The position numbers and the translations under genes are program-made. From Fibrobacteria bacterium (GTDB taxonomy: Bacteria; Fibrobacterota; Fibrobacteria; UBA11236): DNA of 64,000 bases. The notes beneath the pieces are model-generated. The model was not told where the DNA came from, ran no database searches, and worked only from the letters and a program-made list of their open reading frames with translations. This document shows positions 52,015 to 60,944 of this stretch, piece after piece (the stretch's first letter is position 1; the number at the start of each line of letters is the position of its first letter). The DNA lies in assembly GCA_043745805.1 (NCBI GenBank), contig JAYTSD010000004.1, positions 213,150 through 277,149 on the forward strand, written 5' to 3'.

Positions 52015-52956
52015 TTATTCTTTATCTTTGCGGCGCGTTTGCTCGGATAACACTAAAGAATCGGGTGGAACCGAAGCGGTAATCCAACAATTTCCACCAA
52101 TAATACTGCCTCGACCAATCGTGGTTTGTCCTCCTAAAACCGTAGCTCCAGCATATAAAGTGACATGATCTTCAATATTAGGATGCCGTTTGATGCCTTT
52201 AATAGGATTACCATTTTCATCTTTAGGGAAACTTAAAGCACCTAAGGTTACGCCTTGATAAAGCTTTACCCCTTTACCAATAATGGTAGTTTCGCCAATC
52301 ACTACACCCGTTCCATGATCAATAAAAAACCCTGGGCCAATCGTAGCCCCCGGATGAATATCAATACCCGTGCGCGAGTGGGCCACTTCGCTCAGCATGC
52401 GTGGCAATAAAGGCACTTCGGCGCGGTATAAAAGATGTGCTAAACGATGGATCGCAATAGCCTGTACAAAGGGGTAACTCATAAGTACCTCTACCACCGA
52501 ACTAGCAGCAGGATCCCCTTCATAGGCCGCTTCTAAATCTTGGGCTAATAAAATCCTAATCTCTGGTAAGGCCAATAAAAATTCATCGGAAATAGTTTTG
52601 GCCTTTTGGATCTGTTCCATCGTAACGCCACAAGGATCGCTTTTTTTTCGACTTAGCTGCACCGAGGCATAATAGTTAAGCGCCATTTCAATAGCGCGCG
52701 TCAAAGATTTTTGAATAGAATGTAAACTCGCTTCGAGATAACTTTCCAAATCTTTTTCCAACACTAATTCATGGCCAAAAACCCCAGGAAATAATACGGA
52801 CAATAATCCATCCACCAAATGTCCGATAGCATCGCGCCCAGGCAAGCAACCACTTTCCCAAATATTGGCAAAGTGATCGTCGGAAATCGCCGCACTTAAT
52901 TTTTTGGTTAATTGGCTTAAATTCAATTCCACTGACTTTTCTGTACTCATAGTCAA
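52015..52956 (-). CDS. cysE: Serine O-acetyltransferase
   Basis: GDPAA, TGIDIHPGA, FFIDHGTGVVIGET, KRHPNIED. Confidence 0.95.
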   Translation of the reverse strand: MTMSTEKSVELNLSQLTKKLSAAISDDHFANIWESGCLPGRDAIGHLVDGLLSVLFPGVFGHELVLEKDLESYLEASLHSIQKSLTRAIEMALNYYASVQLSRKKSDPCGVTMEQIQKAKTISDEFLLALPEIRILLAQDLEAAYEGDPAASSVVEVLMSYPFVQAIAIHRLAHLLYRAEVPLLPRMLSEVAHSRTGIDIHPGATIGPGFFIDHGTGVVIGETTIIGKGVKLYQGVTLGALSFPKDENGNPIKGIKRHPNIEDHVTLYAGATVLGGQTTIGRGSIIGGNCWITASVPPDSLVLSEQTRRKDKE

Positions 52957-52990
52957 AATATAACACCTGTAAATTTATTACCCTTTATTC

Positions 52991-54169
52991 ATGAAAATAT
53001 TTGTTGACGAAAATATCCCTCAAGGCCTTGAGGCCTTTGCCTCTCATGGTGAAATCATCCTTTTTCACGGTCGTAAGCTCACGCAAAATGACCTAAAACA
53101 TGCCGATGCCTTAATCGTGAGATCCATCACAAAAATAAAAACCGAACTGCTCGAAGATTCACCGATACGCTTTGTTGGCACAGCCACCATTGGCACAGAT
53201 CATGTGGACCAAAATTATTTGGCCCAAAAAGGAATTGGTTTTTCTTCAGCGCCAGGATGCAATGCTAATTCTGTAGCGGAATATGTTCTCTCCGCCCTTT
53301 GCCGATTGCAATTAAACCACGACTTTGCTTGGCGCAGTAAAACCTTGGGCATTGTGGGACATGGGCATGTGGGTAAAAAATTAGCCGCCAAAGCCAAGAT
53401 TTTAGGGTTAAAAACCTTACTTTGTGATCCACCTTTGCAGGCTTTGCAAGCCCAGCATTCCTTAAGCAAAAATCAGGAGTCGTATTTTCCTTTAGAAACA
53501 TTATTGCAGGAATGCGATATACTCAGCTTGCATGTGCCTTTAACACGCAGCGGGCCTTACCCCACTTATCAAATGCTCAATGCACAGAGTTTAGCCTTAA
53601 TAAAAAAACCTTTAACTTTATTTAATTCCTGTCGTGGCGAAGTGATCGAAGAAAAATCCTTGTTACAGGCGAAGCGAGATGGAAAAATTCAATATTTGAT
53701 TTTGGATGTGTTTGAAAATGAACCGAATATAAATCCATTACTTTGCTCACAAACTACTTTTGTTACCCCACATATTGCGGGATATTCCATCCATGGAAAA
53801 CTAAACGGAACACAACAAATTGCCTCTGCATTTTGCCAGTTTTTCAATTTACGGAACGACTTTAAACCAGTATTTCCAGTACCACCCCAACCGATTATAG
53901 AGTATGGCACAAACAAAATGCAAGCGCTGCAAAATAATTTTGGCCAAGATTTTTTAGTTCAATGTATTTTAAGCACTTATGATATTGCCCATGATGACAT
54001 TGCTCTACGCCTAGCCTTACAGGGCGAAAACCCAGGAAATGCTTTTGATGAATTGCGAAAAAAATATCCTGTGCGTCCAGAGTTTTGTGATTTAGCAATA
54101 CAAAATTTGCCTCTCGAAAACACCCATTTACACCAGATTTTGAGCGCTTTGGGTTTTAAGATATTATAG
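52991..54169 (+). CDS. pdxB: Erythronate-4-phosphate dehydrogenase
   Basis: MKIFVDENIP, VRSITK, TATIGTDHVD, APGCNA, TPHIAGYS. Confidence 0.95.
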   Translation: MKIFVDENIPQGLEAFASHGEIILFHGRKLTQNDLKHADALIVRSITKIKTELLEDSPIRFVGTATIGTDHVDQNYLAQKGIGFSSAPGCNANSVAEYVLSALCRLQLNHDFAWRSKTLGIVGHGHVGKKLAAKAKILGLKTLLCDPPLQALQAQHSLSKNQESYFPLETLLQECDILSLHVPLTRSGPYPTYQMLNAQSLALIKKPLTLFNSCRGEVIEEKSLLQAKRDGKIQYLILDVFENEPNINPLLCSQTTFVTPHIAGYSIHGKLNGTQQIASAFCQFFNLRNDFKPVFPVPPQPIIEYGTNKMQALQNNFGQDFLVQCILSTYDIAHDDIALRLALQGENPGNAFDELRKKYPVRPEFCDLAIQNLPLENTHLHQILSALGFKIL

Positions 54170-54282
54170 TGATTTACTGAATAACCACGGATTCAGTAAA
54201 TATTTTTTTTTAATTTTATCCGGTCTAATCCAATTTTACTGTGTATGTTATAAAAGGACACTCGGACGAAATAAAAAAAACC

Positions 54283-55080
54283 ATGAAAAATTTATTCCAC
54301 GCAACACTCACCGTTAAGCAAATACTGCGCATACGTCCGCTTGCAATTGAAGTTCTTGAAAAGCATAAGCTGCGTTTTTGGGATAGCCTAGAACTTCCTT
54401 TGGAAGAATTATGCAAACAATTTCACGTGTCCACCGATTTAGTTTTACAACAACTTGAAGCCTTAGATTTTCTTGAAGAGAATAGTGATTGGATAGCCTT
54501 ACCACTTTATGCTCTTTGTGATCATCTCACCCAAAACCATCGCGATTTTTTCCTCAGTGAAATTCACGATTTACAACATACTTTCGATATTCATACCTTA
54601 CTCGATACGGAGGAAACTCAGGAGTTACGTAAGATTTTTAAGGAATTCCAAGCTTTTTGTACTATGCTGAAGAATTATTTTGACGAGGAAGAAGTCGTAT
54701 TACTTCCCAAAATTTTACGCCAACAAGCTTGCTTACAAAACAATAATATTCATCCTGAATTCCATAGCGGCTCGGTAAAAAGTATTATCATGACCCGATG
54801 CTCGCCTCATGAAAAAAAGGCCTTGGATGATTTACTAGTTTTCTTAAAAAAAATTCAACATCCTAGTCTCAAAAATTCGGACTCGGCCAATGAAATTCGG
54901 AGTATTTTGGCTCGCTTGGTACAAAAATTGCAAAGGCATATTGATTTGGAAACCAATATTTTATTTCCGCAAGCGCAAGAAACCGAAAAACAACTTTTCG
55001 ATTTAAGCATTGGCGGCCAAAATAAAAAAGCCCGCAATACGGGTTTAGATTCGGGTGTTATGCGTTTGATGGTTAGCTAG
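54283..55080 (+). CDS. Ric/ScdA-like hemerythrin-domain protein (divergent)
   Basis: ScdA-N-like start, DW...PL..LCDHL...H, HIDLETNILFP. Start uncertain (track gives 54241). Confidence 0.7.
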   Translation: MKNLFHATLTVKQILRIRPLAIEVLEKHKLRFWDSLELPLEELCKQFHVSTDLVLQQLEALDFLEENSDWIALPLYALCDHLTQNHRDFFLSEIHDLQHTFDIHTLLDTEETQELRKIFKEFQAFCTMLKNYFDEEEVVLLPKILRQQACLQNNNIHPEFHSGSVKSIIMTRCSPHEKKALDDLLVFLKKIQHPSLKNSDSANEIRSILARLVQKLQRHIDLETNILFPQAQETEKQLFDLSIGGQNKKARNTGLDSGVMRLMVS

Positions 55081-55117
55081 CTAAGAAAATATTCCCTAAT
55101 AAATAGATGCACTCGAT

Positions 55118-55145
55118 GTTGAGACGCCAGGCATGGCGTCTCAAC
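55118..55145. repeat. REP-like palindrome associated with a RAYT remnant
   Basis: GTTGAGACGCCA-ggca-TGGCGTCTCAAC, perfect 12-bp arms, next to the RAYT stop. Confidence 0.75.
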
Positions 55146-55149
55146 GGTT

Positions 55150-55434
55150 TTATTCGTTTTCGCCGATGATGATGATTCCGCGAATATGATTGGGCATGAT
55201 TATGAATTCGCCTAATTCTAATTTCATATCGGATCGTATATTTGAGGTGTTGATCCATTCATTGTATGCAGCTTGGCCTAATTCGTTTAAAATCATTTCG
55301 CTGTTTTGGATTTTGCCGAAATAATGTTCGCGGTTTTTGGTGCAAATGGTGATGAAATATAAGGCGGGTAAATTGTAATTCCAATTTTTCCAGCGGGCAG
55401 AGGGTATGCGATATTTGTTTTTGAATTTTTCCAT
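55150..55434 (-). pseudogene. Truncated REP-associated tyrosine transposase (RAYT/Y1 HUH)
   Basis: KYRIPSAR...W.Y...YFITICT..RE..FG...MPNHIRGII. The second HUH His is Arg, and the ORF stops at 94 aa before the catalytic Tyr region. Confidence 0.85.
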
Positions 55435-55564
55435 TTGTGATTTTCTGATGTTGTTCCAAATCTTTATGAATGATATTTAAATGGTATAAGTATTACGTGA
55501 TGCTTATCACAGCATGTCCGATTGTGCTTGCTATGTTGTAGGCAGAACAACCCGGAGAATATTT

Positions 55565-56449
55565 ATGTCAACTCAAGATTGGAATGCCTATTGGGTAGAA
55601 CGTTTAAAGAAAGAAATTCGCGCAAGAAATTATTCTAAAGAAACGGAGAAAAATTATGCGTTGGCGCTGCGAACATTTTTGGAAAAATGTCCAGGGAATC
55701 CCAAAGAAAAAAGTCAGAGAATTGTGCAATCCTTTCTCTTGGATATTCGCGAGAAAAATGGATTAAATGCTTCGACCATTAATCTTTATCGTGATGGACT
55801 AAGTTTTTTCTTTCATCATGTTTTGAAAATGCCAGAAGTCATTGAAGGAATTCCGAGGTTAAAAGAACAACAGGCTTTACCTGATGTGTTTGATATTCAT
55901 TCGATGGCTCGTATGTTAAATGGCATTGAGAACCCTAAACATCGACTTGCGCTATCTTTAATTTACGGCTGTGGACTTAGGGTTGGTGAAGCTGCGTCTC
56001 TGCAACTCAACGAAATTGATTTTGCGCGCAAAACTATTATGATTAGGCAAGGCAAGGGTGGAAAAGATAGAATGGTTATGCTACCTGAAAGCTCGACTCC
56101 CCTTCTCCGCGCGTATCTTAACGACTATAGTCCGAAGAAGTATTTATTCGAAACCTCCATTCCGGGAAAGCCTTTAAATAAGCGTACTTTTCAACTGGTT
56201 TTTAAAGCTGCCTGTGGAAAGGCTGGAATTATTCAAAAAGGAGGGATTCACAGTTTGCGTCATTCCTTTGCCACTCATTTACTGGAGAATGGGACGGATT
56301 TACGGTATATTCAAGCGCTTTTGGGGCATTCTAATTCCAAAACCACGGAGAGATATACCCGGGTGGCGACGAATCATGTCGTTTCCATCAAAAGTCCGAT
56401 GGATATTTTACCTTTAACAGCAACGGATCCGCTTCGCACTAGGTCATAA
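55565..56449 (+). CDS. Tyrosine recombinase, integron-integrase-related but lacking the IntI-specific insertion
   Basis: SAM-like N-terminus (RNYS.ET..Y); GLR, GKGGKDR, HSLRHSFATHLLE, LLGH and ERYT catalytic residues intact. Only about 15 aa between LPES and YLF. ATG 55565 follows a GGAGA RBS. Confidence 0.92.
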   Translation: MSTQDWNAYWVERLKKEIRARNYSKETEKNYALALRTFLEKCPGNPKEKSQRIVQSFLLDIREKNGLNASTINLYRDGLSFFFHHVLKMPEVIEGIPRLKEQQALPDVFDIHSMARMLNGIENPKHRLALSLIYGCGLRVGEAASLQLNEIDFARKTIMIRQGKGGKDRMVMLPESSTPLLRAYLNDYSPKKYLFETSIPGKPLNKRTFQLVFKAACGKAGIIQKGGIHSLRHSFATHLLENGTDLRYIQALLGHSNSKTTERYTRVATNHVVSIKSPMDILPLTATDPLRTRS

Positions 56450-56487
56450 AATCGGGACTTATTACGAATCAGATCACACAAGTGGTA

Positions 56488-56494
56488 GTTATGC
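56488..56494 (+). other. attI-like core site (GTTATGC)
   Basis: First GTT after the integrase. It complements GCATAAC at 57950-57956 and has no hairpin site body upstream. Confidence 0.65.
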
Positions 56495-56650
56495 AACATA
56501 TTGCGTTTAATATGTTGCTACTCGATTTTCCAATCGAGTAGCAAGTTAAATAGTCTGTTTTTAGGGGGCTGAAAACCCAAATCTTAGAAGACTCTGGTTT
56601 GGAATTCTTTTGCTAAGGTATTAAATTAGAATTTGCGGAGATCAAAAAAT

Positions 56651-57268
56651 ATGAAAACTTGGACAACGCTATCCTTTTGTATGGTCTGTCTTCTATGTCC
56701 AGAAGCCAAAGCCTCCTGCGATACTTCTGTCGATCCAAATTTGGAATTTCATCTTGCGGATAAAGACACTCAAATAAACATCCATGAGGGGAATAGTGTT
56801 TATGGCATTAAAGGTGGCCCTGATACAATAATGCTCATAATCAGTTCACCAGGAATGATTCGATTTACAAAATCGCTTTTAAATTCGAACAAAATGGATA
56901 CGCTCTACAAAGTACTCTATCAAGATACGATACTCTCAGCAGAAAGTTGGGATATCAATTTTAGTAACTTCAAAAAAATTATTGCGGACAAAGGCATTTC
57001 ACCACACCAAGCCATTTTTGACAGAAAAACTCCGCTTGATACGATATATATTGTCCCTGATCCAAATGGCAAGCTTTGTCTCTCTAGTGGTGGCTTTTTT
57101 GACTTCCAAATCACATGGATTGGCCATGATGTCGCACAATGGTATAATTCACCAACGATTTTGAACAAACGGGCCAGCAACGATAAATCCCATCGGAAAC
57201 GCTTTTATTTGGATGGGAAATTTTTCTGGAAAAATGACGTGTTTCTTACGAATGGGAAATCACAATAA
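56651..57268 (+). CDS. Secreted hypothetical protein (unit 1)
   Basis: Signal peptide MKTW...EAKA; GGAG RBS. Confidence 0.7.
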   Translation: MKTWTTLSFCMVCLLCPEAKASCDTSVDPNLEFHLADKDTQINIHEGNSVYGIKGGPDTIMLIISSPGMIRFTKSLLNSNKMDTLYKVLYQDTILSAESWDINFSNFKKIIADKGISPHQAIFDRKTPLDTIYIVPDPNGKLCLSSGGFFDFQITWIGHDVAQWYNSPTILNKRASNDKSHRKRFYLDGKFFWKNDVFLTNGKSQ

Positions 57269-57286
57269 ATCACTGACTGGGTAGCT

Positions 57287-57895
57287 GTGGAATCATTAAT
57301 CAAATACCTTACTCTAACAAGAATTATATTTGTCATTTTTTCTTGCTCCGTGGCAATTCTGATTTTTCCAACTTCCTGGCAGCAAAAGTTAATGCTGATT
57401 CAGTTTGTTTCGGATTGGGGGAAATATATTGGGATAACTGCATTGGTATCTGGAGGAATCCTTTTCACATCACTTTTAACAAACTCGTTGGGGTTCACTT
57501 ATGGAGTTACCAGTAAACTCTGGAAACGGAAAGAATTTAAATCCAAATTGAAGAAGTACGTATCTTCTCTCGATGCTTTGGAGCAAGCTGTTTTGAGAGA
57601 ATTTTATACCCAAAGACAAAACTCTATCTTGGTTCCATATAACGATGTGAAAATTCAGTCTCTTCTAGCTAAAGGCATTCTTAAATTGGTTAGTCCCGTT
57701 GGGAAAATCTCTCTAGCAGGTCTGATGGTTAGTGTATTCATTTCTGATGCGGCATCCGACCTTATTGATAACGCCGCCCTTGGGTTGCCCGAAGAGTTAG
57801 TGCCATCCGAATCGACAATCAATTTTATTAATCGCAATAGACCTAGTTGGTTGAATGAAATTCGGAGAATGAAAGAGATATTTGATTGGTATTAG
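57287..57895 (+). CDS. Superinfection exclusion B (SieB)-like membrane protein (unit 1)
   Basis: Two N-terminal TMs, then L...EQAVLREF...Q....VP.....IQSL..KGIL winged-helix-like pattern. Confidence 0.7.
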   Translation: MESLIKYLTLTRIIFVIFSCSVAILIFPTSWQQKLMLIQFVSDWGKYIGITALVSGGILFTSLLTNSLGFTYGVTSKLWKRKEFKSKLKKYVSSLDALEQAVLREFYTQRQNSILVPYNDVKIQSLLAKGILKLVSPVGKISLAGLMVSVFISDAASDLIDNAALGLPEELVPSESTINFINRNRPSWLNEIRRMKEIFDWY

Positions 57896-57949
57896 ATTAG
57901 CATTCAGTGAAAGTAAATACGCCCCCTAAAAACGAAACGCAATACGATC

Positions 57950-58199
57950 GCATAACACAGCCCAGGGTGCTCCGCGCGTGTTTCCACACGCGCTCCGGGG
58001 CTTCGCCCAAATGGTTTTTTGGATTGGTCCGGCTGTTCAAACTCCCTTTCGAGACGGCGCGACGAAACGTCGCTTGCTCTCAAGGGGTTTTCACAGCACG
58101 CTGCGGGCGTTCATTACGGGGGCTTCCGCCCCACTCCATTCTCGTCCTCGCGTTACGGCCCTAATCCAAAAAACCACTTCACCCTCTGCAACGTTGGGC
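57950..58199 (+). repeat. attC-like site, long type, copy 1 (250 bp)
   Basis: GCATAAC...GTTGGGC with nested stems (e.g. TGGTTTTTTGGATT/AATCCAAAAAACCA); 6 substitutions versus the copy at 62312-62561. Confidence 0.85.
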
Positions 58200-58356
58200 G
58201 ACAGGGGCCTCGAAAAGTTGGCCTTCAGCCAAAGTATTGAAACTATTTTTTGGGGGCGAAAAGAAAAATAATGGAAAACAATAAAGAATGAAAACCAAAA
58301 ACGAAATTCAAAAAAATCAAATGATCGTTTTGCTTTAAAAAGTAAAGTAAGATGCC

Positions 58357-58419
58357 GTATAACAAAAGTTTCAAAAATCCTTCGCACGGCTGTGCTCACT
58401 GCTTAACTGTGTGTTATAC
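58357..58419 (+). repeat. Degenerate canonical-type attC inside unit 2
   Basis: GTATAAC-5nt-TTTCAAAA...GCTTAAC-5nt-GTTATAC; spacing and the L' GCTTAAC match aadA-type attC. Confidence 0.65.
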
Positions 58420-58556
58420 GGCCGAAAAAATTTGAAAATATGGAATCGAAAAGAATGGTTAGTCAATCGGTTTGAAGGGGCGTAATTTTAAGGCCTGGTA
58501 TTGAGGTCATTGGGAAATGTAAATGAAGCTACATTTCAAACAAAAGGAGGGAAGAG

Positions 58557-59282
58557 ATGAAAATAACCCTACAAAACCTTCTATTATTTCTTTGCCTAAC
58601 TGGATCAGTTATTGAGGCAAAGGGAAACGGTGGAACTGTACACGTAAAAGGATACACCCGTAAAGATGGAACCTATGTTCAGCCACATAATCGGACAGCT
58701 CCGGACGGAAACTTTAATAATAATTGGAGCACCCAAGGGAACGTAAATCCATATACTGGGGAAGATGGAACAAAAACAGAACCATCCTCGTCTTTAAATT
58801 CGTTGTCTCCTTCACCTGACGCAAGATCGTCCGCAACTGTTCGTACAAATACGACAACTCAGAGTTTTGGAGTTACCTCAGAATCAGAACCCGAGATAAC
58901 GACTGATAACTACGGCTTCTACAAAAGGCACCTAGAATATTATCACGGGGTATTATCGGATCAAAATTCAAACGCATTGGCCAAAGAAAGTGCGCGAAAC
59001 GTAATCAGACAGTATGAAGCATCGGTTAAACTTTATGAATTAGAGTCAGCAGATCCTCCCACGACAAATAAGGAAGACGCTGGTTCCAAATCGAAATTAG
59101 CAGACAAAGATTTTTTGAAAGAGTGCAGTGATCAGTTCAAAATAAATACGTGGGTTCCTGTAGCTTGCAGGGATGACGAAATGTGTCGGAAAATAGGAAC
59201 GCACGGCTTCGAAAATGAGACATGGCTTCCTGCCGCTTGTGCCCAAACACGATCACTGCAAAGCATTACTCCAGAAAAATAG
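58557..59282 (+). CDS. Secreted hypothetical protein (unit 2)
   Basis: Signal peptide; conserved-looking VKGYTRKDGTYVQPH.RTAPD...NNWST.GN.NPYTG motif; AAGGAGG RBS. Confidence 0.8.
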   Translation: MKITLQNLLLFLCLTGSVIEAKGNGGTVHVKGYTRKDGTYVQPHNRTAPDGNFNNNWSTQGNVNPYTGEDGTKTEPSSSLNSLSPSPDARSSATVRTNTTTQSFGVTSESEPEITTDNYGFYKRHLEYYHGVLSDQNSNALAKESARNVIRQYEASVKLYELESADPPTTNKEDAGSKSKLADKDFLKECSDQFKINTWVPVACRDDEMCRKIGTHGFENETWLPAACAQTRSLQSITPEK

Positions 59283-59472
59283 ATTTTAAGCAAGTTAATT
59301 TATTTGGGTTAGACAAATTGTCTAAAATATTGATTCACTCCCAAGAGGACCATCTGAAAAGATCTAAATGACCATCATTTATGGTCGCCGCATAACAATC
59401 GAGTCTCTTTAGCCAAGTTATGTCAAGAGGAAGACAAAGACCGCCCCCAAAGAAATATCGAGGCCCACGATC

Positions 59473-59504
59473 GCCCAACAAGCGCCATGGCGCGAACGTT
59501 GGGC
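59473..59504 (+). repeat. attC-like site, minimal (32 bp) deletion derivative of the short type
   Basis: GCCCAAC-aa-GCGCCATGGCGC-gaac-GTTGGGC. Confidence 0.75.
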
Positions 59505-59600
59505 GACAGGGGCCTCGAATTGTGGCCCTGCGGGCCAAAGATAAAGATTATTTTTTGGGGGCGAGAAATAAGCAAACTAATTCAAGAAAACGAGCGCGGT

Positions 59601-59873
59601 ATGAACCAAGTTGATCCAATACTAAAATGCAGAAAATGTGGAAAAGAAATCTCGAAATTTAAACAGAATGCAGAACAGATTTATGAAGGCATGCATAGGC
59701 TTTGTTTTCATTTTGAGTATGAACACGAAGGCGAACCAGATGAATCCTGCGCAGACGATTCTTCCTGTCCAAACTTCAAAATCAAAGTTTATGAAAAAAA
59801 ACTGAAAGAAGCTGGAGTAGATCTCCAAAAAGTACTAGAAGAAGAAATTAAAAAAGGATGGAATCCGGATTAA
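59601..59873 (+). CDS. Small Cys/His-rich protein (unit 3)
   Basis: CxxC...MH..CFH..YEH...PD..C.D..CP pattern; ATG 59601 inside the unit. Confidence 0.7.
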   Translation: MNQVDPILKCRKCGKEISKFKQNAEQIYEGMHRLCFHFEYEHEGEPDESCADDSSCPNFKIKVYEKKLKEAGVDLQKVLEEEIKKGWNPD

Positions 59874-59882
59874 AAAACAGCC

Positions 59883-59947
59883 GTGTAACAATCTATTTAA
59901 CCTGTCAAGCCCTTCGCCCTCGTTTGCAGGTTAATCGGGCATTATAT
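59883..59947 (+). repeat. Degenerate canonical-type attC inside unit 3 (core GTT decayed to ATT)
   Basis: GTGTAAC-aatct-ATTTAACCTG...CAGGTTAAT-cgggc-ATTATAT, 9 nt after a stop codon. Confidence 0.65.
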
Positions 59948-59977
59948 GGATAAGAATAAAATTAATGAAGGAATGAA

Positions 59978-60694
59978 ATGGAAGACAAGCCTATCCTGGA
60001 TAAAAACAAAACCGAGTTCATAAAATTAAACAACTTGATAAATCAAATTGTTTACGAAAATCGCTTTTCATTGAGTGATGCAAATCGGGTTTATTTGGAT
60101 TCGATCTTAAAATATTCTGATACTATCTTTAACTCGATTTTAAAACGAGATACCCTATTGTTTCGTTCTCGCATAAACAAAATAAATCTCGATAATTTAA
60201 GTGGTGAGGATGTCACACATCCGATAAAAGATATGGGGGCGCCTCCTAAAGCACTTGCTGCCGCTGGAAGAATAAATCCTGTTGGAATTCCTTACCTTTA
60301 TTGTTCCGGCGAGGAAAAAACGGCAGGCGCGGAATCAAGACCGGATAGTGGAAATTACATTACGATTGCAAAAATAAATGTGTTGAAAGATCTAAAAATT
60401 GCGGATTTCACAGTGAACTTTTCAGGAAACGAATTAAGCGAATATTTTCAAATATTATGTTCAGTATTTAGCACTCAATGGCCTGCCGAATACAAAAACC
60501 ATTATTTAATTTCACAATATCTGGCTTCACATTTGAAGACAAATGGATTTCGTGGCATTAAATACAAAAGTGAAGTTAATGCCGATGGGACAAATTTTGC
60601 TCTTTTTCACAAAGAAGATTATGAAATTCGAGAAATCTATTCCAGGCAAACTGTCCGAGTTGATTATTATTTTCATACACCAGGTCATGGGTGA
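59978..60694 (+). CDS. RES-domain protein (putative NAD+-degrading toxin or defence effector; unit 3)
   Basis: MGAPP...AGRINPVGIPYLY...AESRP...GF.GI.YKS...G.NFALF (R, E, S residues). Confidence 0.88.
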   Translation: MEDKPILDKNKTEFIKLNNLINQIVYENRFSLSDANRVYLDSILKYSDTIFNSILKRDTLLFRSRINKINLDNLSGEDVTHPIKDMGAPPKALAAAGRINPVGIPYLYCSGEEKTAGAESRPDSGNYITIAKINVLKDLKIADFTVNFSGNELSEYFQILCSVFSTQWPAEYKNHYLISQYLASHLKTNGFRGIKYKSEVNADGTNFALFHKEDYEIREIYSRQTVRVDYYFHTPGHG

Positions 60695-60787
60695 CTCTAA
60701 TCCGGAACAATTCTTATGTCCTCAGTCTTCGACCTTAAAATACGACAAAGGAGAAGACGCCCCCAAAAAGAAGCGAGGCCCCCGATC

Positions 60788-60843
60788 GCCCAACATGCGC
60801 CATAGCAAAATGATAACACTTCGCTATGGCGCGAACGTTGCAT
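60788..60843 (+). repeat. attC-like site, short type, copy 1 (56 bp)
   Basis: GCCCAAC-at-GCGCCATAGC-aaaatgataacacttc-GCTATGGCGC-gaac-GTTGCAT. Confidence 0.85.
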
Positions 60844-60944
60844 GCAATTGCCCCCACACAAGAGAATGCAAATTACGGAATTACAAAACCGCCCCCCAAG
60901 AAAGAGAGCAGCGAAAATAACGATGATATTCTAATTTATTCTAA

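Noticed and set aside
3767-54505. Numerous 60-150 aa antisense or alternate-frame ORFs within housekeeping genes
   Set aside because: Shadows of well-supported genes, with no recognisable motifs.
55535-55543. GTTGTAGGC upstream of the integrase as the start of a cassette containing the integrase
   Set aside because: No complementary CTACAAC or hairpin body found after the gene.
55565-56449. Calling the recombinase XerC/XerD or a canonical IntI
   Set aside because: It lacks the IntI insertion; its N-terminus and GKGGKDR context are integron-integrase-like rather than Xer-like, and it heads a cassette array. No gene symbol given.
57907-58399. ORFs 57907-58164, 57978-58271, 58019-58240 and 58091-58399
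   Set aside because: They overlap the GC-rich palindromic 250-bp site in several frames; open frames reflect stop-codon scarcity, not coding.
59487-59600. Track N-terminal extensions starting MART... (59487, 63683) and MGRII... (63007)
   Set aside because: These starts fall inside site bodies or arms; downstream ATGs (59601, 63031) are more plausible, and 63683-63898 is probably non-coding.
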